The notes under the pieces were generated by a model. That model did no database searches, was not told where the DNA came from, and saw nothing but the letters and a program-made list of their open reading frames with translations. A stretch of DNA of 64,000 nt. Origin: Paramoeba atlantica. Its lineage: Eukaryota > Protista > Discosea. Made by a program: the position numbers and the translations under genes. The stretch is from contig CDRNVI010000060.1 in assembly GCA_977017575.1 (NCBI GenBank), positions 124,001 through 188,000 of the forward strand, read 5' to 3'. The stretch's first letter is position 1, and each line of letters starts with the position of its first letter. This document shows positions 20,602 through 32,046 of the stretch, in pieces.

Positions 20602-21726
20602 TTAATGACGTGTGGGTTCGTGGACGTACCATTGGTTCTCTTCAAGCGTTTTCCACCATTCCGGTTTTGATTCACTCCTCGCCGAGAGGATACTCTTCTT
20701 GGACCCCCCACAAAATACTTGTGGTACCGTTCCGTAGTACACGTACCACACATTCGAAAAGGTGTCCCACTTTGCGAGCCTCGCAGGGATCTCATTCAGA
20801 ATTACACTCTTTTTCGGAGGCGCTTCTACGCAAATTTTACTAAGCTCCTGAGGCGTGCATCTATCGTCAATGTAAACCATCACATCGTTATCGAAAAGAG
20901 AAACAAAATACACCGAGTTGGGGAGATGCGAAATATCTGCATCTCCTTCGAACTTGTTTTGGGCGAGCGCGAGCTGTCGCATGGATGGAGGCACCTGTGA
21001 AAAGTCCATCCGCCCAGTGAAAGAATTGTTATACAGCGACAATGATGTGAGGCAGCGTGGAAGTGTTCGAAAATCTAACCATCCCTCCAATCGGTTACAA
21101 TCCAGCGCGAGGTCTTCAATTGCAGGTGGCAGTGAATCAAACGAAACCACCCCTGAGAAATCATTTTCACTCAAATAAAGAATCCTGATGATTGGGGGCA
21201 GGACGGACAAGTCGACGCCTCCCGAGAAAGCGTTATTATGCCCCCAGAAGCGAACCATACCACGTGGGAGTTCCTCAAACGCTATCGGGCCGTCCAGGCG
21301 GTTGTAACTCACGCGGAGATCATGCAAGTTCTCGTACACACGCCCAATAGTGACCTGCCCTGTAAGATGGTTCTTATCAAGAAACGCCTTCCGTAACGTA
21401 TAGGGGAGAAATACAAAATTTAGGCTCCCCCGCAGGCCCATCTCGTTCCATCGTAGTTCGTGAATCTCCCCACTGCCCTCTTGCACGGTTACTCTGACCC
21501 ACCCTCGAGGGGGCGTGTGAACCGTCCATGTGGGATCCGGGTTGGAGAGGTTGGCCACAAGGCGAGCGAGGTTGTATTCGGGGGCTAGGACCGATTTGTG
21601 TACTTTGGAGGGACGGGTAATCGGTCGATCGCAACCTAACACGCGTGGTACATGAGGAGGTGTTATGCCGAGCTCGGCTATGGGGAAACGAAACATGGAA
21701 GTAAAAGGTGGAGTATAGGAAATCAC
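20602..21726 (-). CDS. LRR protein with Trp-rich C-terminal domain (up to 374 aa; ATG start probably MFRFP)
   Basis: RPSKVHKSVLAPEYNLARL motif, about nine LRRs, C-terminus PARLAKWDTFSNVWYVYYG...WWKTLEENQW. Confidence 0.9.
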   Translation of the reverse strand: MISYTPPFTSMFRFPIAELGITPPHVPRVLGCDRPITRPSKVHKSVLAPEYNLARLVANLSNPDPTWTVHTPPRGWVRVTVQEGSGEIHELRWNEMGLRGSLNFVFLPYTLRKAFLDKNHLTGQVTIGRVYENLHDLRVSYNRLDGPIAFEELPRGMVRFWGHNNAFSGGVDLSVLPPIIRILYLSENDFSGVVSFDSLPPAIEDLALDCNRLEGWLDFRTLPRCLTSLSLYNNSFTGRMDFSQVPPSMRQLALAQNKFEGDADISHLPNSVYFVSLFDNDVMVYIDDRCTPQELSKICVEAPPKKSVILNEIPARLAKWDTFSNVWYVYYGTVPQVFCGGSKKSILSARSESKPEWWKTLEENQWYVHEPTRH

Positions 21727-21758
21727 ATGGTGGTGTCAACAAATCACAGGGGCAAATA

Positions 21759-22057
21759 CCCCCCAGTAACCCCCCAGTAATAGACCCCCAGTAACAGAGA
21801 TTTGGACGTTTTTGGGCTGACCCCCAGTAACAGAGATTTGGCTCGGGAGGATGTTTGGAGGGGGGAGGGGGTGTTTGGGCGGGGTGAGGGTGGTTGCGCG
21901 GGAGCGAATGGCGTAGTTGCGGGGTTGTCTGGGAAGAAAATCAGCGCATCCATGAACAAAAAAGGTATTTTCCCACCAAAAAAGCATACCCCCCAGTAAC
22001 AAGGATTTGGATAACTAACAAGGATTGGGTCCAATATCGATTCTATTACTGGGGGGG
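21759..22057. mobile_element. MITE of the CCCCCAGTAA family
   Basis: TA|CCCCCCAGTAA...TTACTGGGGGGG|TA; internal CCCCAGTAACAGAGATTTGG repeats. Confidence 0.8.
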
Positions 22058-22192
22058 TATACGGTAATGCATTTGTCTTTATTTTTTCACTCTTTTCGTA
22101 TGCTTTCGAATCGAGGGTAGAGCGGTCTTTATACAACCACTGCAATAATGTGTGTACGCAACATCGTAGCGTTATCCTATTAATTCCCACAT

Positions 22193-23284
22193 TTACAGTA
22201 TCATATTGCCACTCGGCTGAAACTCCACCCACTTATGTTCCTCCAGTTGCGTCCACCACGAGAGTTTCGGATCCTTTGAGCTTTGCCTCTCAACCGGATT
22301 CAAATCGGATCCAGGAGCCCTCCCGCCATAAGAATACCAGACATTGGCGGACGTGTCCCATTTCGTCCAGCGAGCGGGAAGGTATCGCAGACGAAAATTT
22401 TTCCTGGGAGGGTCGTAGAGACAAAGCTGGTCCAGCTGTCGAGACGCGGCATCCAGATAGACCGTCACACGGTTGAGAAACAGGGAAACGAAGTACGTGG
22501 ACTTTGGCACCATAAAGAGCTCCACATCGCCATCGAAATGGTTTCTCGCAAGCGCAACTTGTCGTATGAGGGGGGGCAGTTGGGAAAAATCCAGAGTCCC
22601 GGAAAACGTGTTGTTGTACAACGATAATTGGGTGAGCGATCTAGGAAGGGTGCCTAACTGGAGATTTCCCTCCAAACGGTTGTTGTCGAGCGCTAAATCG
22701 ATAATAGTATAGGGAAGACCTTCAAAGCTCACGACTCCAGAGAAGTCATTGTCATGCAAATACACAGTGCGAATGGTCGGCGGTAATGCGGTCAAATCCA
22801 ATGGTCCGGTGCAGCGATTCTTGTGGACCCAAAGTCGTACCACTGCGCGAGGAAGATCACCCAAAAATAATGGACCTTCTAGTTGATTCTCCGGCAAACG
22901 TAGATCCCGCAGTTTGTCTGCGTCAAGTTCAATGTTGATTCTTCCAGAAAGAAAATTTTTTCCGAGCGATAGAAATTCTGTTGTACGCGGAAGTAGTGCG
23001 AAATTTAGACTCCCACGTAGACCCATGTCGCACCAGTTGATCTCATAAACGTCGCCATTCATACGCACCGCAACCTTATGCCACGATTTCGCACTGTTTT
23101 CTACGGTCCATGTGTGGTGAGGATTCGAAATATTTGCGACGAGTCGTGCCAGATCATATTCTTGTGGCATACAAGACCCATGGACCTTCTTTGGTCGAGA
23201 AATCCCAGGGTCACATCCTAATGTGGACTTCAGTCGAAGAATGGCGCGACTTGAAATGTAGCCGTAGAAATCAACAGAAATCAT
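22193..23284 (-). CDS. LRR protein with Trp-rich C-terminal domain (363 aa)
   Basis: RPKKVHGSCMPQEYDLARL motif, LRRs, C-terminus PARWTKWDTSANVWYSYGG...WWTQLEEHKW. Confidence 0.9.
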   Translation of the reverse strand: MISVDFYGYISSRAILRLKSTLGCDPGISRPKKVHGSCMPQEYDLARLVANISNPHHTWTVENSAKSWHKVAVRMNGDVYEINWCDMGLRGSLNFALLPRTTEFLSLGKNFLSGRINIELDADKLRDLRLPENQLEGPLFLGDLPRAVVRLWVHKNRCTGPLDLTALPPTIRTVYLHDNDFSGVVSFEGLPYTIIDLALDNNRLEGNLQLGTLPRSLTQLSLYNNTFSGTLDFSQLPPLIRQVALARNHFDGDVELFMVPKSTYFVSLFLNRVTVYLDAASRQLDQLCLYDPPRKNFRLRYLPARWTKWDTSANVWYSYGGRAPGSDLNPVERQSSKDPKLSWWTQLEEHKWVEFQPSGNMIL

Positions 23285-23430
23285 TTCCGTGTGTAAAGCT
23301 ATTTCGCTTTAGTAGCATAAAACAAACTGTATCTGTGAGTTAACGGTGAATTTGAAAGCAGTGGTGTGCTGTCGTCCCCTTCTGGAGATAATAATTACCC
23401 CACACGTTATATGGATTACGTAATGAATTA

Positions 23431-24361
23431 AACCCCCCCGCACCAAAAAGGCACCCACCCTTAACTTTTCAGCCAATTGTCCGTTTGGGCTGATTTTTGT
23501 TGCATTTTGCAGATCTCAACACAAAGACTTTGCGCGTGAAGAAATGAGACAAAAAGAAACGAATACGTATATTTTAGGTAGAGATTACCATTTTGTCACT
23601 TTTTCTCCGTTACTCGCCACACAAGCTTTGAGGCGAGCATCGAAGCTCTAAACCGAATCATCAATATATTCTTGAGGCAATTTCCGCCAAGCTTTACGTA
23701 CGCTTTTTATGAGATCTTCTTTAGTTGCAGGATTGTATTCATCTACAAGATTTTGTACCATGCTCCACACGCTTTCTATTGGTGAGAGATCGTGGGAGCT
23801 GAGCGGACAATTTTTAAATAATTTCATGTTGCCGTCCTCAAGGCACGCTTTTGTTTCCTTGGCAGTCTAAGGTGTTGCCCCATCTTGCTGAAAAATACAG
23901 TTTGAGGGGAATGATACTTTTTTTAATGTTTTAATGTACGAAACACATGTAATTGAGATGGGTGGGAGAACAAGGTGTCTTTTGATTCTGTTTTTTACTT
24001 CAGGGCTCAGAGTATAAACATTTTCAGGCGAATTGTTTTTCAAATATTTTCGAATATATTTCACATTGACATTAAACTCGCGGGCTACTTGCCTTATCGC
24101 AACCCCTTGGCCAAGCCTCATGCGCAATAACACTTTTCCACTTTCTGTAAGACCACCCCTGGGAAGTCGATACGTATTTCTTGGCATGAAAAGTGAATTT
24201 TTTTAAAATATAAATTCATTTTCTATTTATTTTTCGACATGACCTAAAGAAAACGGGAGCGAACAGATCTCAAAATTTTGCACGATAAAGTGGTGCGATA
24301 ACCCCCCAAGCCCCCCTCGCGCAAAAAATAAGGGTGGGTGCCTTTTTGATGCGGAGGGGTT
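23431..24361 (-). mobile_element. Internally deleted Tc1/mariner (IS630-Tc1-mariner) element
   Basis: TIR AACCCC(C/T)CCGCA(C/T)CAAAAAGGCACCCACCCTTA at both ends, flanked by TA. ORF 23867..24187 has an HTH and IFQQDGATP; the downstream frame has CPLSSHDLSPIESVW (a WPxxSPDLNPIENxW motif). Confidence 0.88.
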
Positions 24362-24959
24362 TATAACCCGCCTAATAAAAACACGGATCCGTACTTTAAA
24401 TTTTTTTTAAGTAGAAAACAGGGAACATGATTAACAGAGCAAATAAAAGAAGCTATGGATCTACATGTAGGTCGGTGGAGGTCATCCACCGCACATTCAG
24501 TGGACGCTGAAATGCGGATTATGAGAGCTTGCGAAAGTAATTGGTAAGTGGGTGAGAAGATTAATATAAGGGAGGAGAAAATGGGACTATACTATACGCA
24601 CTGTGGCACTTGAACCTGGAGGCGGCCTAAAATTTGTAAAATTTGTTCAATTTTGTAAAATAATAGCGCATTCGAGAGTTGTATGTCTCGAAGATGTTCT
24701 CGCAGAGTTGTATGTCTTTGGCTTATTCGGACCGCTCAAATTAAACAATTTAATCCGGCGAAAAAAATATTATTTTTTTCATGTGAAAATTCGGCAATTT
24801 TTCTCCCCTTTTCTCCCTTTTTAATAAACCGTTTTTATGCCACAAAAGCGAGTTCGCTCGAGGACATCGCGCGGTACACTGTCTGCTCGATCCTATTCTT
24901 CCCCCGCAAGGCTCAAGGAGAGTCATAGAATGCTTTTAGTAGCAGACTATGAGCAAACA

Positions 24960-25630
24960 CAGTCTTTCTCCTGAACATCTCAGAACTTGGGGGTGCACGA
25001 AGGCACTGTAAAGCGATGGATTGAGCGCCATGTGCGACTGGGGATGTCGGAAGTCCCATTTCTTTGCGTACATCTCTTGTTTCTACTCCCCTTCTCAAGG
25101 AAACAGGACTAAAATTAATTGATGACGGTGTAAGAGAAATGACTTACAGCATTCCTTCCTGGAGAGGGCACTTAAAGTAGCTGCATCGATGGAAATTTTT
25201 GTGTTCTATGCGAACTTTGCGAAGACTGCTAGAAGGAGATGACTCAAGAAGGAAGAAGGTATATGTCATTACCTTGCGTCCGGACCGGATCGCCATCCAC
25301 TGGGGTCAAAAAACAAAGTCCTCTCGGGCCGACCCATTCCGACCGGATGCATTTACTAAATGCATCAGTAAATTTTTCACTGTAAATTTTACGGTGATCG
25401 AGGGGGACTTTATGGAGGAATCATACCGTCTTTTGAAGAACAACAATATGGCACAACAGTTCAGCAGGGTTACTCCGGAGGATGTTTCCAAGTTTCTTCG
25501 GGACCAATTGGGAACGGGATACTCATCCCACAGCCTAAAACATGGAGCGGTGCGAGCTATGATGGAGGAGGTGGCGAGCAACAAACTGAAAGTTCTTCCT
25601 TCTTCCTTGTGCTTGTGTAGCGGCCTGTGA
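24960..25630 (+). mobile_element. Tyrosine-recombinase remnant of a TATE/VIPER-like (DIRS-order) element
   Basis: IAIHWGQKTKSSRADPFRP and YSSHSLKHGA (HSxR/KxG box); homologous to 42781..43450. Left boundary approximate. Confidence 0.7.
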
Positions 25631-25932
25631 ACGGGTAGTAGGCATAGTCCAAACTGAAACACAAAGTTAGAGCGCATCGGGGCGCAATACGAAACATCAA
25701 CGCAGGACACACGTGGAACTCTAAAAGAGTTTGGTCACGTATGTACAGGAAAACCGAGCGTCCGACACCGTAGTTGATGGAAGACGTACCGTTGCATGCC
25801 AAAGAAGTGTCTTCACTATACTTAGACCGGGTGCGGGCATTAATGAATACTAAAACACGATATACATGTAGATTCGATTATCTGTGAAAGGAAATCATAA
25901 GTCCATCAACACCACTCTGCACAACAAGGTCT

Positions 25933-26010
25933 AACTCCGTTAGAACGAATGAGCCTAAAAACTCCGTTGGAATGAAGCCTAAAAAACTCCGTTGGAACGA
26001 AGCCTAAAAA
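25933..26010 (+). repeat. Tandem repeat, three units of about 25 bp
   Basis: aactccgttggaa(t/c)gaagcctaaaa repeated three times. Confidence 0.8.
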
Positions 26011-26119
26011 ATAAAAATCGTGAATTGTCTGACATTTCTCGGCGGCCTTAATTTGACATCAGGTCACAGGTATGGTACATACATGTATGTAAGTTGTTAG
26101 GATAAAATGTTAATTTTCT

Positions 26120-26545
26120 TTTTTGGTGTGCACCCCCTAGGCCCACCGGAAGCCTACGCCAGTCCTGTACCGCCGCCTGCACAATCTGGGCGTTCCCTCT
26201 CTGGATGGCCACCCCGATGACCATCAAGAGATGGGCGAAACACCCGTTCTTGTCGGATGTGTAGTGCCGGGCCACCTTGTTGAGGAAGGTCAAGGTTTAT
26301 GGGCCCGGGATCCCGTAGGTGAAGAAGGCCAGGGGGTCAAAATCCATGCCCCTCACCGACGCCATCTCCTCATGAGAGCGCCTTTGGTTGGCCTCAGCCA
26401 TCCTCAACGTGTGGGATGGCTCCGCGGCCTCCTTCTCCACGTACGACGGGGTCAGTGGGTTCACAACTGTGGCGTCAACCAGGACGATCTTCCGTCCCAG
26501 CTGGAAACAGATGTCTGGCCCCCGTCCGTTGTCGAACGTCATGAA
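26120..26545 (-). mobile_element. 3' end of a CRE-like element (restriction-like endonuclease and C-terminus)
   Basis: RPDICFQLGRKIVLVDATVVNP...FDPLAFFTYG (PD..D endonuclease) followed by IGVAIQRGNAQIV; A-rich end at about 26120. Confidence 0.85.
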
Positions 26546-26739
26546 TAATCTTATCTCTCACCTTTTCTCGAAAAGTAGCGACAGATAACTAGGGGGGGTA
26601 CATTATATTTTTTAGTTGCAAGGGTTTTTTATACAATGTTTAACACTGTAGTGTATTTTGTACACAACAAATTTGTGAAGTGTATTTTGTTTTCTTTCTA
26701 AAGTGGAGACCACGGAGTGATTTCATCATGAAGATGCTA

Positions 26740-27170
26740 GTTCCTTGAGAAATATGATCCAAACTGTTTTCTGTCCGAAGTCTGGGGTCGGAATAGATAT
26801 TCAAAACAAGCGTGGGGGGTCAGCATGGTCAAACAAACCGCACCTGAGAAACCGTTAAACCGTTGCGAATAGTTTCCACGTAGCTGATTAGAGTTCAAAA
26901 TAAGCTTCGCCAAAGACTTGGGAAGAAATTCACACCGAAGTTTACCGGAAATAACACTAAAGATTAAAATCTGGTTTAACTTCTTGTTGCTCATTATACG
27001 TTACTCCGGTCCAGGTGCGCACACGGGCGCGGGTCTTTCATGTAGAAGATATCGAGAAGACGTCCGATATCTTCTGTTTTGTTCCTCCAGACCGGAGGAA
27101 CAATCCCTACAGGACCAGTAGGGGAAGCTTATCTGATGCGAGCGGCGTTGGAGCTTGAACCAGGATCCAT
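26740..27170 (-). pseudogene. LRR pseudogene fragment
   Basis: CTWTGVTYNEQ cap and ISGKLRCEFLPKSLAKLILNSNQLRG, broken by frameshifts. Confidence 0.65.
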
Positions 27171-27549
27171 TCTTCTGTTCAAAATGATAGATAGTCGCCC
27201 AAAGTCACTATGTAAATAATATCTGCGGTCTCTCTTTTCTATACTGTGAGTTTGTTAAACCGAAATTGAACTTTTTTTTGATCACTTTTCTATATTTTTC
27301 GCAGATGCATACACTACATAATGTCGGCACTCTGATTTAAGGTTAATCGTTAAGATAAGTACATAAAGATCATATGTATTCGAAACTTATGCCGACAGGT
27401 CTCATAAAACATGTGGTATACCCGCAAAATTGTCCTCGTTCTCATCGATCCCCCACCATATTGCAACACGCTACCATGACGCTCTTCCACCCAGGCACTC
27501 CAAACCCACCCCTTTTACTTCTCACCCCCCCACCATTCTTTTTTGGATC

Positions 27550-28098
27550 TCACACGTGCATAGATTCCATTATACACATACGTCCAAACGTATTACCCAT
27601 TACCGCCCACAGTAGGGCAAGGTCGAAATACGAAACCGACCCCACCATCGCACACCCCCCCTCTGCGGCGGACAGCGCCACAAGGTCTCCGGGCGCTGTA
27701 AGCCCCACACCCCCGGGTCCGCTCCCAGCGGACTTCGACCCCAGGCCTCTCAGAAGGGCCAGAAGAAGCCCGGAGGAGGTCCCGAGGGCTTGGGTCTGTT
27801 TCCCGGAGAGCCCCGGCCATTGCAGCGCCAGGCACTCCCCTCGGGACATCCCCGGGGGTTGGACCAGGGCGCTGTGGCGGGATAAGGCAGAGGTAGCGCT
27901 GCTGAGCCTTTGGAGGGGGGAACCCCAAAGGGGGGAGGGGGGAGAGAAGGCTCGAGAGGACCTCATCGGAGGGTGTGAGGAAAATGGACGACGCGAGGCG
28001 TCCAGAAGGGTGGAGAAGAGGCGTGCGGCGTGGACGTAGCGCCGGTAGGTGGTGGCGGAGTGAAAAGTACTCCCGCAGTAGCCTCCGAAGCCGCGCAT
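27550..28098 (-). CDS. Hypothetical GC-rich protein, possibly mitochondrion-targeted (start MRGFGGY)
   Basis: GC-rich like the mS41 gene; upstream polypyrimidine tract on the minus strand (about 28100-28140); Arg/Ser/Phe-rich N-terminus RRYVHAARLFSTLLDASRRPFSS. Confidence 0.45.
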   Translation of the reverse strand: MRGFGGYCGSTFHSATTYRRYVHAARLFSTLLDASRRPFSSHPPMRSSRAFSPPSPLWGSPLQRLSSATSALSRHSALVQPPGMSRGECLALQWPGLSGKQTQALGTSSGLLLALLRGLGSKSAGSGPGGVGLTAPGDLVALSAAEGGCAMVGSVSYFDLALLWAVMGNTFGRMCIMESMHV

Positions 28099-28390
28099 GG
28101 AGGAAAAGGGAGTAAAAGAAGAAGAGGTAATATAAAAAGATGAAACAACAAAAAACTTAAGGCAGAGGGCGGCTGTGAGAGTAGGTGGATAAGATTTAAC
28201 GCAGCACAAAAAACAGAAAAATAATGATGTAGATGCAACAAACTTCTAATAAATTTCTTTTACAATGAAATCCTAAAGAAATTGAAAGAAAAAATAAAAA
28301 ATAGAAAAACGTTTCTCAATCAAAAAATGTTGTGAAGGGGGGATCAGAGGGGTCCATATTAAAGGGGGCTCATAGTGGGATTTTCCCTCG

Positions 28391-28714
28391 CTGTTATTGT
28401 TTCTAGAACCCCATCGTAGCTACCAGGACGGACGTCCAACCCGTTGCATCGTGTAGGCTGTGTCTCAAGTCTCCTTTGTGTAAGCTCCTGGAGTCCGGTG
28501 CGCTGGAGCCTGGTTCAGCTCGGCGGTTCCGGATCGGTCCTCTAGGAGAGCAGGTTTGGGCGTGGGCCTTGAAGGCACTCTTGACCAGTCCCTTTATAGT
28601 GAGGTCGCCAGGTTGCAAGTTTGCCGACAGCGGGAATCGAACCCCCAACATGCAGGTTGTAAGGCCCATCGTCTACCAACTACGCCCGCACCGGACCGAG
28701 CTAACTCACCTGGC
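28391..28714 (-). mobile_element. tRNA-derived SINE-like element or tRNA pseudogene (family C)
   Basis: Minus strand has TAGCTCGGTCCGG (A-box-like), loop CTTACAA and GGGGGTTCGATTCCCGC (B-box/T-arm). The cloverleaf stems do not close. About 230 bp of GC-rich body follows, ending aaacaataacag. Confidence 0.5.
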
Positions 28715-28839
28715 GTCAAAAAAACACGACGCCCAACACCAAGGGTGAGGTAAATCTTTAGGGCGATGCTTCCCTGTGCAATAGTAGTTAAAATATTGGT
28801 GATTAAATACTTAGAATGAGAGAATAGCATTCTCACTAT

Positions 28840-29553
28840 TTACAAAAGTAATACATTTGCTAACTGTGGTGACATCTTCGATGGTAAATAAATATTATTT
28901 CCGGTCAAACGTAGACATTTCATTTTAGCTGGAAGCCTTGAGAAATCTACTGGTCCACTAAACAAATTATTTCCAAGATCTAAGTAGCGGAACTGTACAG
29001 GTAGTGAGGTTAGATCCAGGGCACCATTGAATTGATTTGCACGAATATTCAGAAAAACTAAATTGAACGGTAGCACTGTCAAATCTACAGAGCCAAATAA
29101 ACTGCAGCTGGCAACAACGAAATATTTCAGCGAGGCAGCGAGTTCCACAATAGGCAACGTGCCAGTAATTCGAATTTGTTTATTTGTTCGAAATGATTGT
29201 ATTGTGTCTGGCATGTGAATCCATGTAAATGTCCCAACATATTTATCGGCGTGGTGCCAGTCAAGGGGATCCTCTGAGCCCAATCGAAAGGATTCCACTC
29301 GTTGGTTCGTATTACACTGTACCGCAAACCATTCACACGCAGTCGTGTTCGTTGTCCATGTCTCATCCGGATTCGAAATGTTGGCGAAGAATCGTACCAA
29401 ATTATATTCCTGCGGAAAAAATGAGCCTTTTACTTTGGCAGGACGAGACAAGGACGCGTCTTTGCTGAGTGTAAAGGAAACACTTTTACGATAGCACCAC
29501 ATAAAAAAGAAAAACAGTGAATTCAGTGTACGATGTAAAAAGCAGGAAAACAA
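28840..29553 (-). CDS. LRR protein (up to 237 aa)
   Basis: RPAKVKGSFFPQEYNLVRF motif, ACEWFAVQCN cap, LRRs; paralog of the disrupted gene 35727..36172. Confidence 0.88.
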   Translation of the reverse strand: MFSCFLHRTLNSLFFFFMWCYRKSVSFTLSKDASLSRPAKVKGSFFPQEYNLVRFFANISNPDETWTTNTTACEWFAVQCNTNQRVESFRLGSEDPLDWHHADKYVGTFTWIHMPDTIQSFRTNKQIRITGTLPIVELAASLKYFVVASCSLFGSVDLTVLPFNLVFLNIRANQFNGALDLTSLPVQFRYLDLGNNLFSGPVDFSRLPAKMKCLRLTGNNIYLPSKMSPQLANVLLL

Positions 29554-29989
29554 AAATTTGTGATTTTTTTATTGTGCAACCTTTTTAAAAATGTATTTTT
29601 TTTAATTTCTTTGCCCAAATTCTAAAACGAAATCTTTCTAACTTAAACGAGGGTTCGGTTTAGCATACCTGTGACCTCGTACCATTACCGGAGGGAGTAT
29701 GCTATCGTGACCCAGGGTCTTGTACCCGCCCAGTTTTTTAGCAGTTCCTGGTTAGTTCCCCCTGGTTCTCTTTAGCAGTCCTGAATGGTTGTATCTAAAT
29801 CCTTTTTTGTTTGTGTTTAACTTACTTTTCAAACGCAATACTTTATGAGTACTTACCACAGGTCCGAATATACACATATACAGTACACATACAATGTAAT
29901 GTATACATTACACAAACATGTATACATGTATACATTACACAACATTTGAAAATTTTTGCACAATAAAAAATTCACATTTTTTTTGCGAA

Positions 29990-30055
29990 CGCTGTGAATT
30001 TGCAGGGAGTGATGTGAGATCCAGTATACCACTGAACTTATTGTGATGAAATATA
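29990..30055 (-). pseudogene. 3' remnant of the LRR gene interrupted by the retrotransposon at 30056..35711
   Basis: Reads IFHHNKFSGILDLTSLPAN, the expected continuation of DLTVLPPQLWFL at 35727. Confidence 0.7.
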
Positions 30056-31143
30056 TTGTATCATACAGGTAATCCTGCAGAGATTTATGTGGTGAAAACG
30101 CGCACAAAACGCGTTTTAGTCACCTGTTTCTATCCAGCGTCACCAAGAACGTTCTCCTCCATCCAATTTTGGTCATTGCGGTTTTGATATACTATGAAGC
30201 TCCCTCTCAGAGCCTTCACGGTCATATTGCGCCGGCACTCAGCCACCAGCTCATCATTACCCATAAATAGAGAGTTCAGAGTTCGACCAGCACTGCTTAT
30301 TTTTCCTCTCGCTCCGACTTCGAAAACGAGTAGGAAAGTGCTCGGGTTTGTGAGCTTGCGGGAATGGTAGAGATTTGTGTACTAGGCAGTTTTTCGTTCG
30401 TGTGCGTAGACAAAATTTTCCTCCCAGGGGGCACGTCAATTCTATAATATACTGCTCCCCGTTGGACATTTTCACCCACCCATCCGGTCGCAGCTCGGTG
30501 TCGAGTTCCGTGAGCCACGGAGGGGTAGAGCGAAAGTGAGGGAGGTCAAAGTGACTAGACTGGTCCCTTGGAATTTCTGCACAGAGTTTGCGAGGGCTTG
30601 TAGCACCATGTTATGTCGCAGAGTATATCGTCCTTGCTCGAGTGCTTTTCTACACCCGGAGAGAATATGTCGCGCGGTTCGCGTTTCAGTATCGCAGATG
30701 GGACACTTGTCGCTTGTGTGTGTCGATACGCCCCATTTGCGGAGAGACACTCTAGTGGGGAGTGGCGTTCCTGTGAGTACGGAAGCCGTAAATCGTGATA
30801 GCGATTCGCTTTTGAGATTACATAGGGCGGCAGCGAAGTCCCTCGCGAGGTCTGCTTCCGTCGCTACGCGGAACCATCTTCCCGCAACTAAAGTGCGCCT
30901 TTGCACGGCTTCCGAAAGATGCCTCTCATATTCACTGTCGAGAAGTCGTAGTACGTTATTGTGAGTTGAACGAGGTTCCAACCATGCTCGGTGTACAACA
31001 GTTCGCTTGTCGCGGATTTTGCTACATTTAACCATTTTCTGATTTCATTTGTAGCGCATCGCTGGAGGCGCAGAACGTGGTTAAAAGTCAGACATGAATT
31101 GACAAAAAAAGAGTAGCGAAGGCGGGAGATAATACCATTATTG

Positions 31144-32046
31144 CGGTGGTTGTAAAACTACCGCTCTACACTCGATTATTGAAAAAAAAGTGAACAAAAA
31201 CAGTGAAAATATAAAGAGGAACACAGTAATATAATAGAAGAAAAAAATATAAAAGGGGGCTCCGGTGGACCAAAACTGAAAAAAAAATTTGAAAAAAATG
31301 GGGGGTCCATGGGGGGGGTCCAGAGGGGGGGTCCAGGGGGGGGGGGCATGGTCGAGCAAATTTTTTCGAAAAAATTAGTTTTCGAAAAAAAACCGCAGAA
31401 AGGGTAGCCGGGGTCTTGGCGCGTATTTTCCACCCCCCTACCCGGGGGTGACCCCCCCGCGTATCCGCATGACGGGTCCGCCAAGTTCGGATTTTTTCGG
31501 AAAAATTTTTTTGAAAAAAAATTCAACTTGGCGAAAAAAATGACAAAAAAAATATTTTTCCAAAATCGTTTCCCCTATTGTATTTTGATAGTTTGGGACC
31601 TACACTAGCTTTCTACGCAGTTGTTTTCGCAAGGTATCACTTCTTCGAACCGTGGTGCGCCCCTCAAAATGACACATTTTTGACTAAAAAAGGTGAAAAA
31701 GTATTTTTCGGACCTAAAGGGGCATTTTTGTGTCGAAAGAATGGTATGGTTGGAGTCGTATTCTTTACCGAATACGTTCGGTAGGCTTTCATTCATGCCT
31801 GCGAGTGATTTCCCACGCGCAAATGTCGGATTTAGTGCTCTGAGAGCAAAAATATGCGAAAATGACCCCATTTGTACCCGAAATTCGGCTATTTTTGGCT
31901 ATAATCTTTCCGTTTTCCAGGTTAAATTTTCTTTTTTAGGCTCTTCGTTAAACGCGGCGGTAGTTTTCAACGCGAAGCGCGCAGCATGAGTGACTTCTAA
32001 GTTGAAAGCAACCACCGCGTTTAACGAAGAGCCTAAAAAAGAAAAT
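31144..32046. mobile_element. Non-coding insertion of about 900 bp with hairpin ends (Helentron/HINE-like or foldback)
   Basis: Removing it restores WIY-NNGIISRLRY, homologous to WIHQHAIISRLRF of the intact element. TTG is present on both sides. Left end CGGTGGTT-GTA-AAACTACCG; right end 48-bp arms (31924-31971 and 32001-32048, 45/48 complementary). Confidence 0.75.
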
